From positions 83,720-147,719 of IMG/VR virus record IMGVR_UViG_3300014808_000001: a DNA stretch of 64,000 nt, one strand, 5' to 3'. This DNA is from a virus. The translations under genes were made by a program, and so were the position numbers. The first letter of the stretch is position 1. Every line of letters starts with the position of its first letter. Below, piece after piece: positions 38,947-50,129 of this stretch. The notes below the pieces were generated by a model. It ran no database searches, was not told the origin of the DNA, and was given only the letters and a program-made list of their open reading frames with translations.

Positions 38947-39960
38947 TTAATATAAACATCCAGGCTCATGATATTTTTCTTTTACCTTGTTATTGATTAT
39001 CAAATCTGCCACATCATCTCCGTCTCCTACATTTTCAACATTTTGAAGATAGTCCGATACTTTTATCCTTGACTTCATCATCATCCCATCTATCTTTTTA
39101 CTCCATGTCTCAAATGCTTGTCCTTTGTCCGGAAAAGCTACGGTCTTTCTATCTTTTAAAACATCTATCACTTCCGGTCTTAGATTCTGCAACCCACCGG
39201 TAGCTACAAATAACTCATCCGGTTTATTCACAGCGCATATAATAGCCGTCTTTTCTGATTCCACCAAATTAACCACCTTATCCGGATATTGGCTTAGAAG
39301 ATGTTCTCCGAACAGGCATTGTCTAAACAAGAAGTCTCTTGCATGCAACGAGTGATAAAACATAACATGAGGCCGCTCATTGTCACCGTCTTTTTCTTTC
39401 ACTCTTTTTACATCAATCTCATTCCCCTGGCTGTCGGTCTTTATATAAAAGTCCATGATCTTGCCGGTTCTACATACAAAATCTTTGTCTATCTGCCAGA
39501 ATATACAACACCCTTTCCATCCCCATAAGTCCATTGTTCCGACATGATACCTTCTGAACACATCAGATACCCTTTCTTTTCCCCATAGAGACGATAAAAA
39601 TCTAAATACGGTGTTTCTATCGTCTGGAACCACAGTCCTCTCAAACTCGCTAAAAGGTATGTAATTTACAACGTCAGGATTTACAGGAGGACGATAAGCT
39701 CTTATACACTTGTTTCCCGAGATCCAAAGATCTTTGTCACCTACATCCTTACCAGTAGGTCGTTTATCGTAACCGCAAGTCCGTTCATGATCGCATCTTC
39801 CGAACTCGTTGCCAACAACCTGGCCTGTTGCCACATCAATATAAGGGGTGAGACACCGGCTTTTCCCGCAAGCTGGGCAGGTTAGCTTCAGTCGGCTCCT
39901 TCCGGGCCTGCGGTCAAGTTGAAACCGGGGTACGTTTTCGTATCTTCTGAAATCAAGCAT
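38947..39960 (-). CDS. putative DNA primase (zinc-binding domain plus TOPRIM-like domain)
   Basis: N-terminal CPACGKSRC ... CDHERTC zinc-binding motif; VVNLVESEKTAIICAVNKPDELFVATGG resembles TOPRIM conserved Glu; encoded beside the DnaB-like helicase. Confidence 0.45.
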   Translation of the reverse strand: MLDFRRYENVPRFQLDRRPGRSRLKLTCPACGKSRCLTPYIDVATGQVVGNEFGRCDHERTCGYDKRPTGKDVGDKDLWISGNKCIRAYRPPVNPDVVNYIPFSEFERTVVPDDRNTVFRFLSSLWGKERVSDVFRRYHVGTMDLWGWKGCCIFWQIDKDFVCRTGKIMDFYIKTDSQGNEIDVKRVKEKDGDNERPHVMFYHSLHARDFLFRQCLFGEHLLSQYPDKVVNLVESEKTAIICAVNKPDELFVATGGLQNLRPEVIDVLKDRKTVAFPDKGQAFETWSKKIDGMMMKSRIKVSDYLQNVENVGDGDDVADLIINNKVKEKYHEPGCLY

Positions 39961-40529
39961 TTTTAACTCCTCTCATTGCTTCTATGATTCTATCCGCTAT
40001 AGTTATAGACCATGACACCACATCTGGTATATATACTCCGCAATCTATTTCTCCTTTTCTATCTTGCATTTTAATGAACTCAATAGAATAAGCCTTAACA
40101 AGATCGAATCTACGTTGTTCCCAGTCTACATCTTTGTTCTCATCATCCACAGGAAGGGTATCGAGATAATAATTTAAACTCTCATTTATCACACTTCCGT
40201 TGCTGTCATAGAATTGTATTTTGTCATAGTCTCTTCTTATAGTTGAACCATTGAAGGTGATTACGTCTATTATCTCCCCGGTTCTTCTAATTTTTCTTTT
40301 CATACTCTTCTTGTGTTTCTAACCAGTATAGGCATTGTCACATTAACAGTCTTGCCATATTTCTCGTAAGATGTGAGTATGCATATTGCATACTTATCCC
40401 CTATTTTCAAATCTTTCGATAATCTTAATCTTGAACCCCTTTTGATGTTAATAAAATAATCACCAAAAGGATTGATACATATCGGTTTTACGATTTCCAC
40501 ATAATCTCCTTTAGGAATAACAATATCAC

Positions 40530-41846
40530 TCATATTACGAATCTTTTAGACATTTCCTCAGCAATATCATATACGACAATATGATCCTCTTCATTGTACG
40601 GCTTATTGATATTCAGCACTCCTTTTCTCACTTTAAACCTCTTATCTTTTCTGATATGATTCAACATCCCTTGTTGGAACACACAGTCCGCTTTCTCCAT
40701 AGCAGCATTTTTATCAGACCATTCTTTTAGCGTATAACCTTTACTGTTCGTGCTTTTTGGAGAAAAATTCATAATACGTGCATCAATTCCGTACCAGTTT
40801 TTAACCATTCTCCTTTCAGCCTCCAATTGAAAAGCATGTTCATTTCGTATGTCACCTGATTTAAAATCTAAGATAACAATCTCTTCTTTCTCCACTTCTC
40901 TTACTTCCTTCTTCGGATCTCCTTTTTTGAACTGCCCCGTAGCCCTTTGATACACGGCTCCAAAATAACCTTCTTCTTTGTATTTGAATGTCATTTTAAC
41001 CATCGCATCTATCGGCGTAGCTACCAAATAATCTTCTAATGACAATATTCTTTCAATCATCATCGGCTTAACCTTATACTCCGAACAAAACTTAGCAAAC
41101 TTCATAACTCTGACAATCATATCGTCAAGATCATCTATGCTACCAAAGAATTTGTCAAGATTCTTTTTTGATATTTTAAGCTTGCCTTCTTGCACTGTCT
41201 TAACTATAAAACTTCGATTTAAGACCATATCTCTACCCGTCAAGTACAATCCGTATAGGTAGTGCATGATCGTTCCTTTATCTGCATCATATTCTGATAC
41301 TTCTTCCGGATTGCGACCAATCATCCTCATCTCCTGTCTCCATTCTTGAAGAGCCGTCTTGTCATCTACGAATCCGTCTCTGATCATGGTTGTTACCGAA
41401 GCATATATCTTGGCTGTCCCATCATCCATCTTTCTTACATAAAAACGATTACCGTCTAATGTCAATCTTACGAATTTGGGAGTCTCGATCTTCTTTAACT
41501 CATCACAGATATAAAACGGCTCTAACGTTTCCTGATTTTCTGTAAACGGATTCGAATCCTCTTCTCCAGGGTTAGAAGCGGCTCCCTCCTCCGGAGCTTC
41601 CGGTTCCTCCTTCTGGGCCTGCTCTGGCTCAGGCGCCGGCTCTTCAACTACTGGAACCTGTCCGCCTCTTTCTGCTATGTCTCTGTTCTTTATTAAAGAC
41701 ATAACCTCCTTCTTTAACTGCTCTGGTGTTTGGTTGGGATCTGACACCGATATCACAACATCGTTCATTCTAAACAACGTATTTCCTTCTCCTTCCACCA
41801 TAGGTACAAATCCTAAATCTGTCAATATTTTTATTTTTTCTTTCAT
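40530..41846 (-). CDS. hypothetical protein (438 aa), possible PD-(D/E)XK-type nuclease
   Basis: EIVILDFKSG D-x-K-like motif; Pro/Glu-rich N-terminal linker; weak call. Confidence 0.35.
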   Translation of the reverse strand: MKEKIKILTDLGFVPMVEGEGNTLFRMNDVVISVSDPNQTPEQLKKEVMSLIKNRDIAERGGQVPVVEEPAPEPEQAQKEEPEAPEEGAASNPGEEDSNPFTENQETLEPFYICDELKKIETPKFVRLTLDGNRFYVRKMDDGTAKIYASVTTMIRDGFVDDKTALQEWRQEMRMIGRNPEEVSEYDADKGTIMHYLYGLYLTGRDMVLNRSFIVKTVQEGKLKISKKNLDKFFGSIDDLDDMIVRVMKFAKFCSEYKVKPMMIERILSLEDYLVATPIDAMVKMTFKYKEEGYFGAVYQRATGQFKKGDPKKEVREVEKEEIVILDFKSGDIRNEHAFQLEAERRMVKNWYGIDARIMNFSPKSTNSKGYTLKEWSDKNAAMEKADCVFQQGMLNHIRKDKRFKVRKGVLNINKPYNEEDHIVVYDIAEEMSKRFVI

Positions 41847-42002
41847 GATCTTCCTCTAATCAATTCTTCTTTAATACAATGTAACACTGTTTCCACTTCA
41901 TCTTTATCTCTATCTTTCACTGCGATAGCTATATCCTTACCATAACTCTCTCTTCGTATGTGAGCATAAAAGATAGTTTCATCGTCAGCTTCTATTCTTA
42001 TT

Positions 42003-42527
42003 TTATAAAGTTTTCTCATATCTGTCAATTATTTCAATAATTAATCTACCTCTTTCTTTAATCATTCCCCTGCTTTCCATATCCAGTACCTTCTTTACCG
42101 CATACTTCCACACAAAAGGAAATTCTGTTTCAAGTTTATCAAATTCCATCCGGTCAAGATACATGTCGAATACCGTATGCTCCGATTCATGAAGGAAAAC
42201 TATATTATCTCTGCAAGTGGCAACCGACTTATATAACCTTTTCGGAAGTATGTGACAGACGTTACATACTGTAGGAAAATGAATAGCCTTACCAGTCATA
42301 GACATTCGAATAGTACTCAATTCCTCCAACATAAGACGAAAAAACCCGGATAAATCCGGGTTCTCTAACTTTTTCTTCTTGCTGCTGTTTTTAATGGATG
42401 TAATTCTGTCTTTTTTCTTCGGAGTCAACTCTTTGCTCCTGCAAGCCTGGCATAAGCCATGACTTCTTATCATCACTTTTCGTCCGCATTTTTCGCAGAC
42501 GTATAGCTTCTTTTCCTTGCTTTCCAT
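42003..42527 (-). CDS. hypothetical zinc-ribbon protein (174 aa)
   Basis: CEKCG ... CQAC and CNVCH motifs. Confidence 0.4.
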   Translation of the reverse strand: MESKEKKLYVCEKCGRKVMIRSHGLCQACRSKELTPKKKDRITSIKNSSKKKKLENPDLSGFFRLMLEELSTIRMSMTGKAIHFPTVCNVCHILPKRLYKSVATCRDNIVFLHESEHTVFDMYLDRMEFDKLETEFPFVWKYAVKKVLDMESRGMIKERGRLIIEIIDRYEKTL

Positions 42528-42701
42528 TCGAATAATAATGATATTATTGAAAAGAATAATCCCGCTGAAGCCAGTAGATAAGGTACGTTCATTAATAATT
42601 TAGATACCTCGTCTGTCTTAATCACTATCAGAAGGAAAGCGCCTGCTGAAAGCAATGATATTATCGCCACAACAAGCGCTATGTTGGAAACTACATCAGC
42701 C

Positions 42702-43172
42702 TTACTCTTCACTCTTCTTCTCACCTAATTTTTCAGCTCCCTTCTGAAGATCGTATTTAAACACTTCAATGATTTTCGTTTCCACAATAGACTCGCAATT
42801 CCAGTCTCCTAACGTACCCTGCATACCTTTAGTCAACACAGCTTCGGCATCCTTAGGATTGCCGGCCTGGATATACATATAGCATGGAGTTTTCTTTTCT
42901 TTACCTTTCTTTTCATCCAGTGTAATGTAATTCACCTTACACTTATACCAGTACTCAGCTTCTCCGTTGAAGAAGATTTCCGACACTTTAATAGGATTAA
43001 TTTTTACAACCTCGAAAGAATTGTACAAATCCTTGAAGATCTCCAACGATCTTGATTCTGCCTCTGTGTAAGACAAGGCATCCACTAAATACTTTTCAGT
43101 TACTTTCTTTTTTTTGCCGTTCTCGATATTATCAATCTCGGCTTTTACCGTAATTTCAAACCATCGATTCAT
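42702..43172 (-). CDS. hypothetical protein (156 aa)
   Basis: ORF. Confidence 0.4.
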   Translation of the reverse strand: MNRWFEITVKAEIDNIENGKKKKVTEKYLVDALSYTEAESRSLEIFKDLYNSFEVVKINPIKVSEIFFNGEAEYWYKCKVNYITLDEKKGKEKKTPCYMYIQAGNPKDAEAVLTKGMQGTLGDWNCESIVETKIIEVFKYDLQKGAEKLGEKKSEE

Positions 43173-43513
43173 TGTATTAATATTTAATTAGTTGATTTCT
43201 TTCCTTTCTCTATACTATTTTTAAATCTTTCAGAACACCACTGCAAAACATCCATCATCATCATCTCATTATTAGATAAGATGCCTTTTATAATTAACGC
43301 CAATTGATGCTGTGACATTCTTAGGCTCATATCAAATCTTCTTTCCTCTTCATTTACTATCGTAGCCACGAAATACTTACACCCCTCTAAGTGCGTCAGG
43401 GCTTCAATCATAGCTTCTTTTATCTCTTTTTCTTCCATTCTGTTTGTTTTTTTTTGGACAAAGATATGTCTTTTGATAATAAAAAAGATTCAAAATGATT
43501 TAATTTAGCTTAA

Positions 43514-44182
43514 TTACTGCTCTTTTGATTCGTCCGGTATAGGCATGTCAAACTTTTTTCTGATAAACGACTCTGTTTCTTCATTGAATGGATAGGCCTC
43601 CTTAATAAAATTCATAGCTACCTCCATATCACCATCTGCTATATCTTTATACCTTTCAAAGATGCCAACCAGGTCATTGTTATATGAACGCTCTTGTTTT
43701 ATGTTGTACACGTATTTCAACACCCTGTCTTTAATTTCATTGGCATTTTTCAAAGTGTTATTGAAGGAATTTATACTTTCCAATTCTGGATCTTGGTTTT
43801 CCTTGTTTACCTTATCAAACTCTTCTTTGCTATACCCCGCTTCCCCTTTAATAGCCGGGCAAACACTTTCTTTTATGATCCAAAACTGTTCATACGATCC
43901 TGTCAGAAACCTTGATTCTATTTTAAATGCATTATATTTAACAAGCAAATTAGCCACCTCAGTTGCACCTTCTATGGTTCTAAAACCGATGCCGACATCT
44001 TTTAACATAAATACTGGAACTCCAGTTCTTGGATACACGACTTCTTTTTCGTTCTTTATATTCCAATTTTTAGCTTCAATTGGAATACCCTTACCAACAA
44101 GCTCTTTGTCTATATACAGACTTATCTCTTCGTCTGTCAATGCCACAATCTCATCTCTGCTTAAATCAAAAACTGTTTTCAT
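43514..44182 (-). CDS. hypothetical protein (222 aa)
   Basis: Minus-strand ORF with normal composition; overlapping plus-strand ORF 43662-44204 is a low-complexity shadow. Confidence 0.45.
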   Translation of the reverse strand: MKTVFDLSRDEIVALTDEEISLYIDKELVGKGIPIEAKNWNIKNEKEVVYPRTGVPVFMLKDVGIGFRTIEGATEVANLLVKYNAFKIESRFLTGSYEQFWIIKESVCPAIKGEAGYSKEEFDKVNKENQDPELESINSFNNTLKNANEIKDRVLKYVYNIKQERSYNNDLVGIFERYKDIADGDMEVAMNFIKEAYPFNEETESFIRKKFDMPIPDESKEQ

Positions 44183-45234
44183 TTCTTTTTATTTATTAAA
44201 TTAAACAATCTACCTCTTTGTTCAGGCTCCGTATATTCTACCCATATATCGGCTGCCACATTTCTAAGAAATTCCATAAAGTCATGATGATCCCTATATT
44301 CAACAGAATCGACTTTTCTCACAAAACTTAGGATTTCCTTTAACATCTTATTGTTTTCTTCAAGAAGTTCTCTGTCGGTCATAACCTTTCAAATTTTCTT
44401 CTTATGGTGTTGATTCTTTACCGCTCTGGCTACCTCCGACAACTCCACGTCCCTTTCCATTGTTACCCGAAAATCTTCTTCTGTTAAAGAAAAAGACATA
44501 GTTAATGTAGGAGTATCCTTAAAATACCAATCACATAATTCTTTTAACTCTTTACGTTCATCCTCGTTTTTACATTTATGAATGGTAAGGTAATTCATTC
44601 TTTCCTCTTTTTCTTTGTCTGTTAAATCTTTTTTCATAATTCTAACTTTTAAAATTGAGTATATAATTACCTAAGGTAATAGATCATCCAAATAAGCCCA
44701 TGATTCCATTTCATCTAATCTGCATAAAATACATCCTGGACGGCTGGATATAAAAGTTCTGTTCTCTTCCAATATACCCATAATTGGATTCTTTGATCCT
44801 ATTGTTGATTTCTTAGGGAGAAACACAATAAAACGGTGGCAATCTGGAATTACTGTTATAGAATGCCATACGCTGTTAATGCGCCATTCTGCACCAGCTT
44901 TAAAAAGAGGAACAGCAAATTCTATATCTTGTTTCATGTCTTATTATTGTTTAATTAATTTAAATATTTTTAGTTTTGAAATTATTTAATATGCTTATCG
45001 GCTGGATTGATTATCAATCCATCGTCACATGAAGGGAATGATATGTTAGATTCTCCATTATCAAGATTAGTCAGTTTAACCGTTCCAGCATATTCATCAT
45101 CCACAAAAAACAATTGACCCGAAGAAACCACAAACCTGCATTGATATGCATTCATCATTGCTCCAAGTTGTCTAATCTTAGTTTTAATCTCTAAAAGTTG
45201 AGCGTTGTTGATTATATTCTTATTCATATTTTTT

Positions 45235-45690
45235 TTAGTTTTGAATTAATGTGAAAAGGGCAATTATAGTCGCAACTGATATAATAGATAAAATAACATT
45301 TGCCAATGTATGCCTTAAAAGGCGTCTTTCGAGATTTGCAATATGCTTTCTTAGTCCTTCGCAATGTTTTTTTGTAGACCTGGATTCTTTGAGTTCTTTG
45401 TTGTATTTTATCATATTTTTGTCACACCATTTCATTATATCAGCACTTGCTTTGTTAAGCATATCTCTGATTTTTTCATCATCATAGAATGGTATTTCAA
45501 CATCAACACAAGTATTTGGCCTGTATAATAATCCGTATGTATCAAAGCACACTTTCAATGTGACAACTTCAGGCTTAGCCATTTCTTCGGCTTGTTTCTT
45601 TATCTGCTCATCTGTTGCTTCGGCTTTAGCTTTAAGCTCATTGTAGTCTTCTATATTCAGCAAAGCCATGTTTTCAAATTTTGTATTCAT
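45235..45690 (-). CDS. hypothetical protein with C-terminal TM helix (151 aa)
   Basis: ORF; C-term VILSIISVATIIALFTLI. Confidence 0.4.
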   Translation of the reverse strand: MNTKFENMALLNIEDYNELKAKAEATDEQIKKQAEEMAKPEVVTLKVCFDTYGLLYRPNTCVDVEIPFYDDEKIRDMLNKASADIMKWCDKNMIKYNKELKESRSTKKHCEGLRKHIANLERRLLRHTLANVILSIISVATIIALFTLIQN

Positions 45691-46585
45691 ATCTACTATT
45701 TCTTATTTAGAGTGAATGTTTGCCAAATGCTTTATCCCAACGCCTGTTTGTTATCTGTACACGTACTACCAACGCATCACGATATTTACGGGATTATATG
45801 GTTCTTATGTGGCGGATGTTGATAATCCTAACAACGCATTCGTACTGATTTTTGCAAACTGTTCACTCAATTATTTTTAATTTTTAATTAATTCAACTCC
45901 TATAATATCTTCGTAATCAATATAGTGCATCATTGAAACACCGTTGTCATCATTAGCCATTATTTCAACACAAGCAGAACATCTATTGAATGCACCTTCG
46001 ATTGTTATACCCGTTAATTGCCTAAAGAATCCTAAAAATTTCTTTGGCCTGATAATCCTAATACGGACAAGATCATTCCAAGTTATTCCTTTATATTCAC
46101 AAATAGATTTAAACTTCTCGGCTGTCATAATTCGATTATTTTAGCTGTTAGTCATTTTTTGGAATCCAGTTATCCGTATCACAGTGAAAGCAATATCCGG
46201 TTTTAGGATGCTCCGCACCGTCTTTAGCTCCGCAGGTTCCGCAATAATATTCCTTATCATATTCTGGGGAAAGACCTTTATTTCGTTCTTTGATAACAGC
46301 TTTTCTTTCTTCGAGCATCATCATTTTATCAGGATTACGACTCAAATAAAACTTTCTGACTTTATGTATTTGCTTATCAAACAGATCATCGGACTCGGCA
46401 ATTTGTTTTGCTGTATATTTACTCATGCTCAATTATTTTTAAAGTTTATCTATTATTTTGTCACCCATTTCCTGCCATTCATCACTCACGCTTATAACCA
46501 ATCCTATGACAGTGAATGATAATAACAACGTAAAAATAAGTCATAACAGAAAGCAGATAAAAACACATACATACCTCATGATTTT

Positions 46586-47332
46586 TTAGTTGTTAGATAA
46601 AAGCAAAATCGGTTCATTTGACTCCGCAATTGCTTTTATTTGTTCTGGATTGATAAAACTCTTAACTTGTTCGCTTATATTACAAATGGACTTGATCATA
46701 TCAACGAATAATTTCGAGGTACATTCGTTACACTCCACTTCCATTACCTGTTTATGTCTATTGTATGATATGCTCGTTACACAATTCAGCCAGTGCGCAT
46801 AGGTTCCTTTTTCTGTATTTAACCTGCTGTATTCTACTTTTGTCTCTCCATTTCCATATTCAATTACTCTTTTTAGAAATGGTTTTGCATAAACACTAAA
46901 ACCGAAAGGTTGGGCGTTTAAGGCATCTAAACGGGAAGTTCCATCCCTCCATTCTCCATTTTCATCGCCTCCTGTCCATTCCTTAGAGGGGTTAGGGACA
47001 ATATTTCCGTTTTTGTCATATGAAAACAGGCAATTCGTTTCCAGTTGATACTTAATAACAGGCACTTCTTCTACTATTTTATAACTCAAACATCTCTTCA
47101 GAACTTCCCTGATTTGACTTTCCAAATCAGAAAGTGCTATACTATTGAAATATCCTTCGTTGCCTAATCTGTTTGTAGGTAATTTGATCCCATAAGAATG
47201 AATCTTGTCCACATCTTCTTTTGACAAGGTAGTGGTAAACACTCCTTCTTTGGTGACATTCACTTTAACAGTTACAGACAAACTGTTATTAGCGTTCTTT
47301 TCCGTTATATTTAGTGTTGTTAATGCTGCCAT
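46586..47332 (-). CDS. hypothetical protein (248 aa)
   Basis: ORF. Confidence 0.45.
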   Translation of the reverse strand: MAALTTLNITEKNANNSLSVTVKVNVTKEGVFTTTLSKEDVDKIHSYGIKLPTNRLGNEGYFNSIALSDLESQIREVLKRCLSYKIVEEVPVIKYQLETNCLFSYDKNGNIVPNPSKEWTGGDENGEWRDGTSRLDALNAQPFGFSVYAKPFLKRVIEYGNGETKVEYSRLNTEKGTYAHWLNCVTSISYNRHKQVMEVECNECTSKLFVDMIKSICNISEQVKSFINPEQIKAIAESNEPILLLSNN

Positions 47333-47626
47333 AATCAGATCTTTTTAAAATCAATTCGAATAAATATAATACATTCCTGCTTCATATACCTTATGTACAT
47401 CAGGGTCATTCTTGTCTTCCGGTTCCAATTCACTCTCTTCACAAGTATAATCCCATTCAGAGTTGTAGTACATATCCTCGTCTGTTTTCTCCAAGGAACA
47501 ATCTTTCATTAGATTCATATTTTCTCCCCATACTGCAACTTCTTGTCGTTGCTCTTCTTCTGTCATAAGGGATATTTTGTCTTTTAATTCTTTCCAGGTC
47601 ATGATTTCTAAAATATGATCAATAAT

Positions 47627-48010
47627 TCATTCTACATCAAAAAGTTGATCTAACACCAATAATTCTGCATCCATATCTTCATCTTTCGGGAAACGAACTT
47701 TTATGTTTCCGAACTTAGATGTCTTAAACAAGATGTAGGGGTTCATGTCTTCGGCGGTCACCGGCTTATATTCCTTAACTTCCGACATCTTGAGATACCA
47801 GTCGCCTATTTTTACAAATCCGGAGAAGATAGAACACAGATGCGCTTTTACGGACTGTATCTCCTTTTTATCTTTGAAAGGTATAATTTCGTCCTTTCCC
47901 CTTATCCTGATTGACAGAAAAGGACGAATGTTATCTGTTTCATTTTGAAATTTGAAGCCTGTTATAGCTTGTTTGGGGATTCTTCTTCCCATTAATATGA
48001 AATAAGCCAT
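47627..48010 (-). CDS. hypothetical protein (127 aa)
   Basis: ORF. Confidence 0.4.
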   Translation of the reverse strand: MAYFILMGRRIPKQAITGFKFQNETDNIRPFLSIRIRGKDEIIPFKDKKEIQSVKAHLCSIFSGFVKIGDWYLKMSEVKEYKPVTAEDMNPYILFKTSKFGNIKVRFPKDEDMDAELLVLDQLFDVE

Positions 48011-48319
48011 TGCAATAAGTTGTTTTACTTTGTATTCTATAATCCTACCAACAAGTTCCCCGATGATAGAAAATATTCTAATTCATAGAGGAAAGAAAAG
48101 AAGTAGCTCTTTCAAATTTTCTTCTTAGTTCATTAGACCATTGATGATCATAATCTGCCAATAATGATCCCATTTCCATTATTAAGGAATAAACTTCTTC
48201 TTTTCTTGCTAAAAAAGATTGTTTGTCTTTTTCTTTTAATGTTTTCATGACTGTAACTTAAAAATGAATAATTAATTGATTTATAAAAAATGTGTTAAAA
48301 TGACATATAAATGCCTTGA

Positions 48320-49123
48320 TCAATTGGACACAAATGTACAAGTTTTATTAAGATACCCTTCTGTCATCTCTATGAAATTCACACAATCTAATTTGCTTAA
48401 CTTGTAAATCAATGCCGGATTGTGTACTATGGCTATAATTTGTGTTTGTGGTTTATGGAATGACAATACATTATAAATTTGCATTATGTTGTCAATGTCA
48501 AGATTCCTATCTGGCTCATCCATGAGAACCGTGTATTCAAAACTGCTTTTTGTTAATGTTATGCGGTTTCTTTCATAATACTTCAACAGGTTATCAATTC
48601 TTTTAATCCAAAACGCATTTGATTTTTTCTTGTATTCTACAAGATCTTGTATTGGAAATGTATAATCCTTTTGACCGAACATTAAATTGAAAAGTGATTC
48701 CAATGATAATACCACTTTCTCTCCATAAGATCTTCGAATATTATTCACATACAAATCTAAGTTGCTGATGTTTTTTAATACACTATCTCGATTCATCTCC
48801 GCCGATGGCAATAAACGGAATACTTTCCCTGCATAATCGGATGATATGTCAATCCCATCAAGAACCTTGTCATCATCATCATCATCAAATATAGGTGGAA
48901 AATCCAGTGCCTCGATCGGTATTTCAGAGCACATGGATTTCTCACATAACGCATACATTGATATGATGTTAAGCAAGGTTGATTTTCCACTACCGTTTTT
49001 ACCTATAATTACGTTCACTCCTGGCTTGAAAATAAATTCTCTGCCATTTTCAAATGCTTCTATGTCAGAAGCATATTCAAAAGGAGTTTTTGTGTTGTCT
49101 TTTATTTTTACCGATGTTATCAT
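48320..49123 (-). CDS. standalone ABC-type ATPase (AAA_21-like)
   Basis: Walker A GKNGSGKST, signature-like SYGEKVVLSL, Walker B VLMDEPDRNLD, H-loop IIAIVHNP. Confidence 0.65.
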   Translation of the reverse strand: MITSVKIKDNTKTPFEYASDIEAFENGREFIFKPGVNVIIGKNGSGKSTLLNIISMYALCEKSMCSEIPIEALDFPPIFDDDDDDKVLDGIDISSDYAGKVFRLLPSAEMNRDSVLKNISNLDLYVNNIRRSYGEKVVLSLESLFNLMFGQKDYTFPIQDLVEYKKKSNAFWIKRIDNLLKYYERNRITLTKSSFEYTVLMDEPDRNLDIDNIMQIYNVLSFHKPQTQIIAIVHNPALIYKLSKLDCVNFIEMTEGYLNKTCTFVSN

Positions 49124-49134
49124 TGTAATCCTTT

Positions 49135-49974
49135 TTAAAAATCAATTACCGCCCGAACCCTGCTACTGTTGTACTTGTCACTGTAGTACGCGCTACCAAT
49201 GGAGAAGTCCACGTACCACGCGACGCTCGGGCTGCTCTCGGTACTGGATCTATACCACGTCGAGGAGAGGGGAGATGCCGAAACATAAGCGAATGCTTTG
49301 TTTAGTTCGTCCATATAATGGGCCATTAAATTTAATTGACCAAGAGATGGTATATACTCGCCATCTTTCAGCAAATTTTTCAACTTTGGATTTCTGGCCA
49401 CAAGGCGTTCCGTATTGCCGCGTCCGTCAATGTCAAACAGCGCATCACATTTACGTTCGTAATATGTCTCACTTCCGGATTTTTCACGGCTATCATCGTC
49501 AAGCAATTGTACGCTATCATGCTCCGTCAGTGAGATAGCAAACGATACGTCTTTGTGCTTTAATCCGATATAACGCACATTCTTTTTGAAATTCTCTCCA
49601 GCAAACGGCTCAGCGTGTCCGTTTCCGTAGATTAGATACAAACCATCTTTTCTTGATGGTACTCTATTTTCACATACGCATCTTTCATTTTTTGGTCTTA
49701 CAATTATGTTCAACTCATTCAACACATGATCTTTTATAACCTCCCCACATATTTTCCTTACAAAACCATAGCCTTCTTTTTGTTTAAGTTCGTCATTTAC
49801 CATACATCTGATCCAATTTTCTATCTGATTGTTTCCTCCGTATGTATTATGCATGCACCTTTTTACAAGCTTTTCCAATAATGGTTCTATGTTTTTGATT
49901 ATATCTTCTTTGGTAAGGTGAAGTTCATTTAGTATGCAGTTTCTTACCGCCTTGTATTCTTTACTTGTGCTCAT
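49135..49974 (-). CDS. hypothetical protein (279 aa), upstream partner of the ABC ATPase
   Basis: ORF 12 nt upstream of the ATPase; GC-rich 3' end; no recognised motif. Confidence 0.45.
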   Translation of the reverse strand: MSTSKEYKAVRNCILNELHLTKEDIIKNIEPLLEKLVKRCMHNTYGGNNQIENWIRCMVNDELKQKEGYGFVRKICGEVIKDHVLNELNIIVRPKNERCVCENRVPSRKDGLYLIYGNGHAEPFAGENFKKNVRYIGLKHKDVSFAISLTEHDSVQLLDDDSREKSGSETYYERKCDALFDIDGRGNTERLVARNPKLKNLLKDGEYIPSLGQLNLMAHYMDELNKAFAYVSASPLSSTWYRSSTESSPSVAWYVDFSIGSAYYSDKYNSSRVRAVIDF

Positions 49975-50129
49975 AATATATCTACTTAATACTGTGAATT
50001 ATATTTTTTTCTCTCTCCCACTATCTTCCCCTATAGGATTATTCCATCCGTATTTTACAGCCGTAGCTCTAAATAGAGGAAGTCTATAAAATCTATAATC
50101 ATTCTCAAGATGAGCATATACTGTTGATT

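Noticed and set aside
43662-44204. 180-aa plus-strand ORF
   Set aside because: Ser/Leu/Phe low-complexity translation antisense to a well-formed 222-aa minus-strand gene.
48846-49538. 230-aa plus-strand ORF spanning the ATPase pair
   Set aside because: Antisense to two minus-strand genes with clear ATPase motifs; Ser/Arg-rich junk composition.
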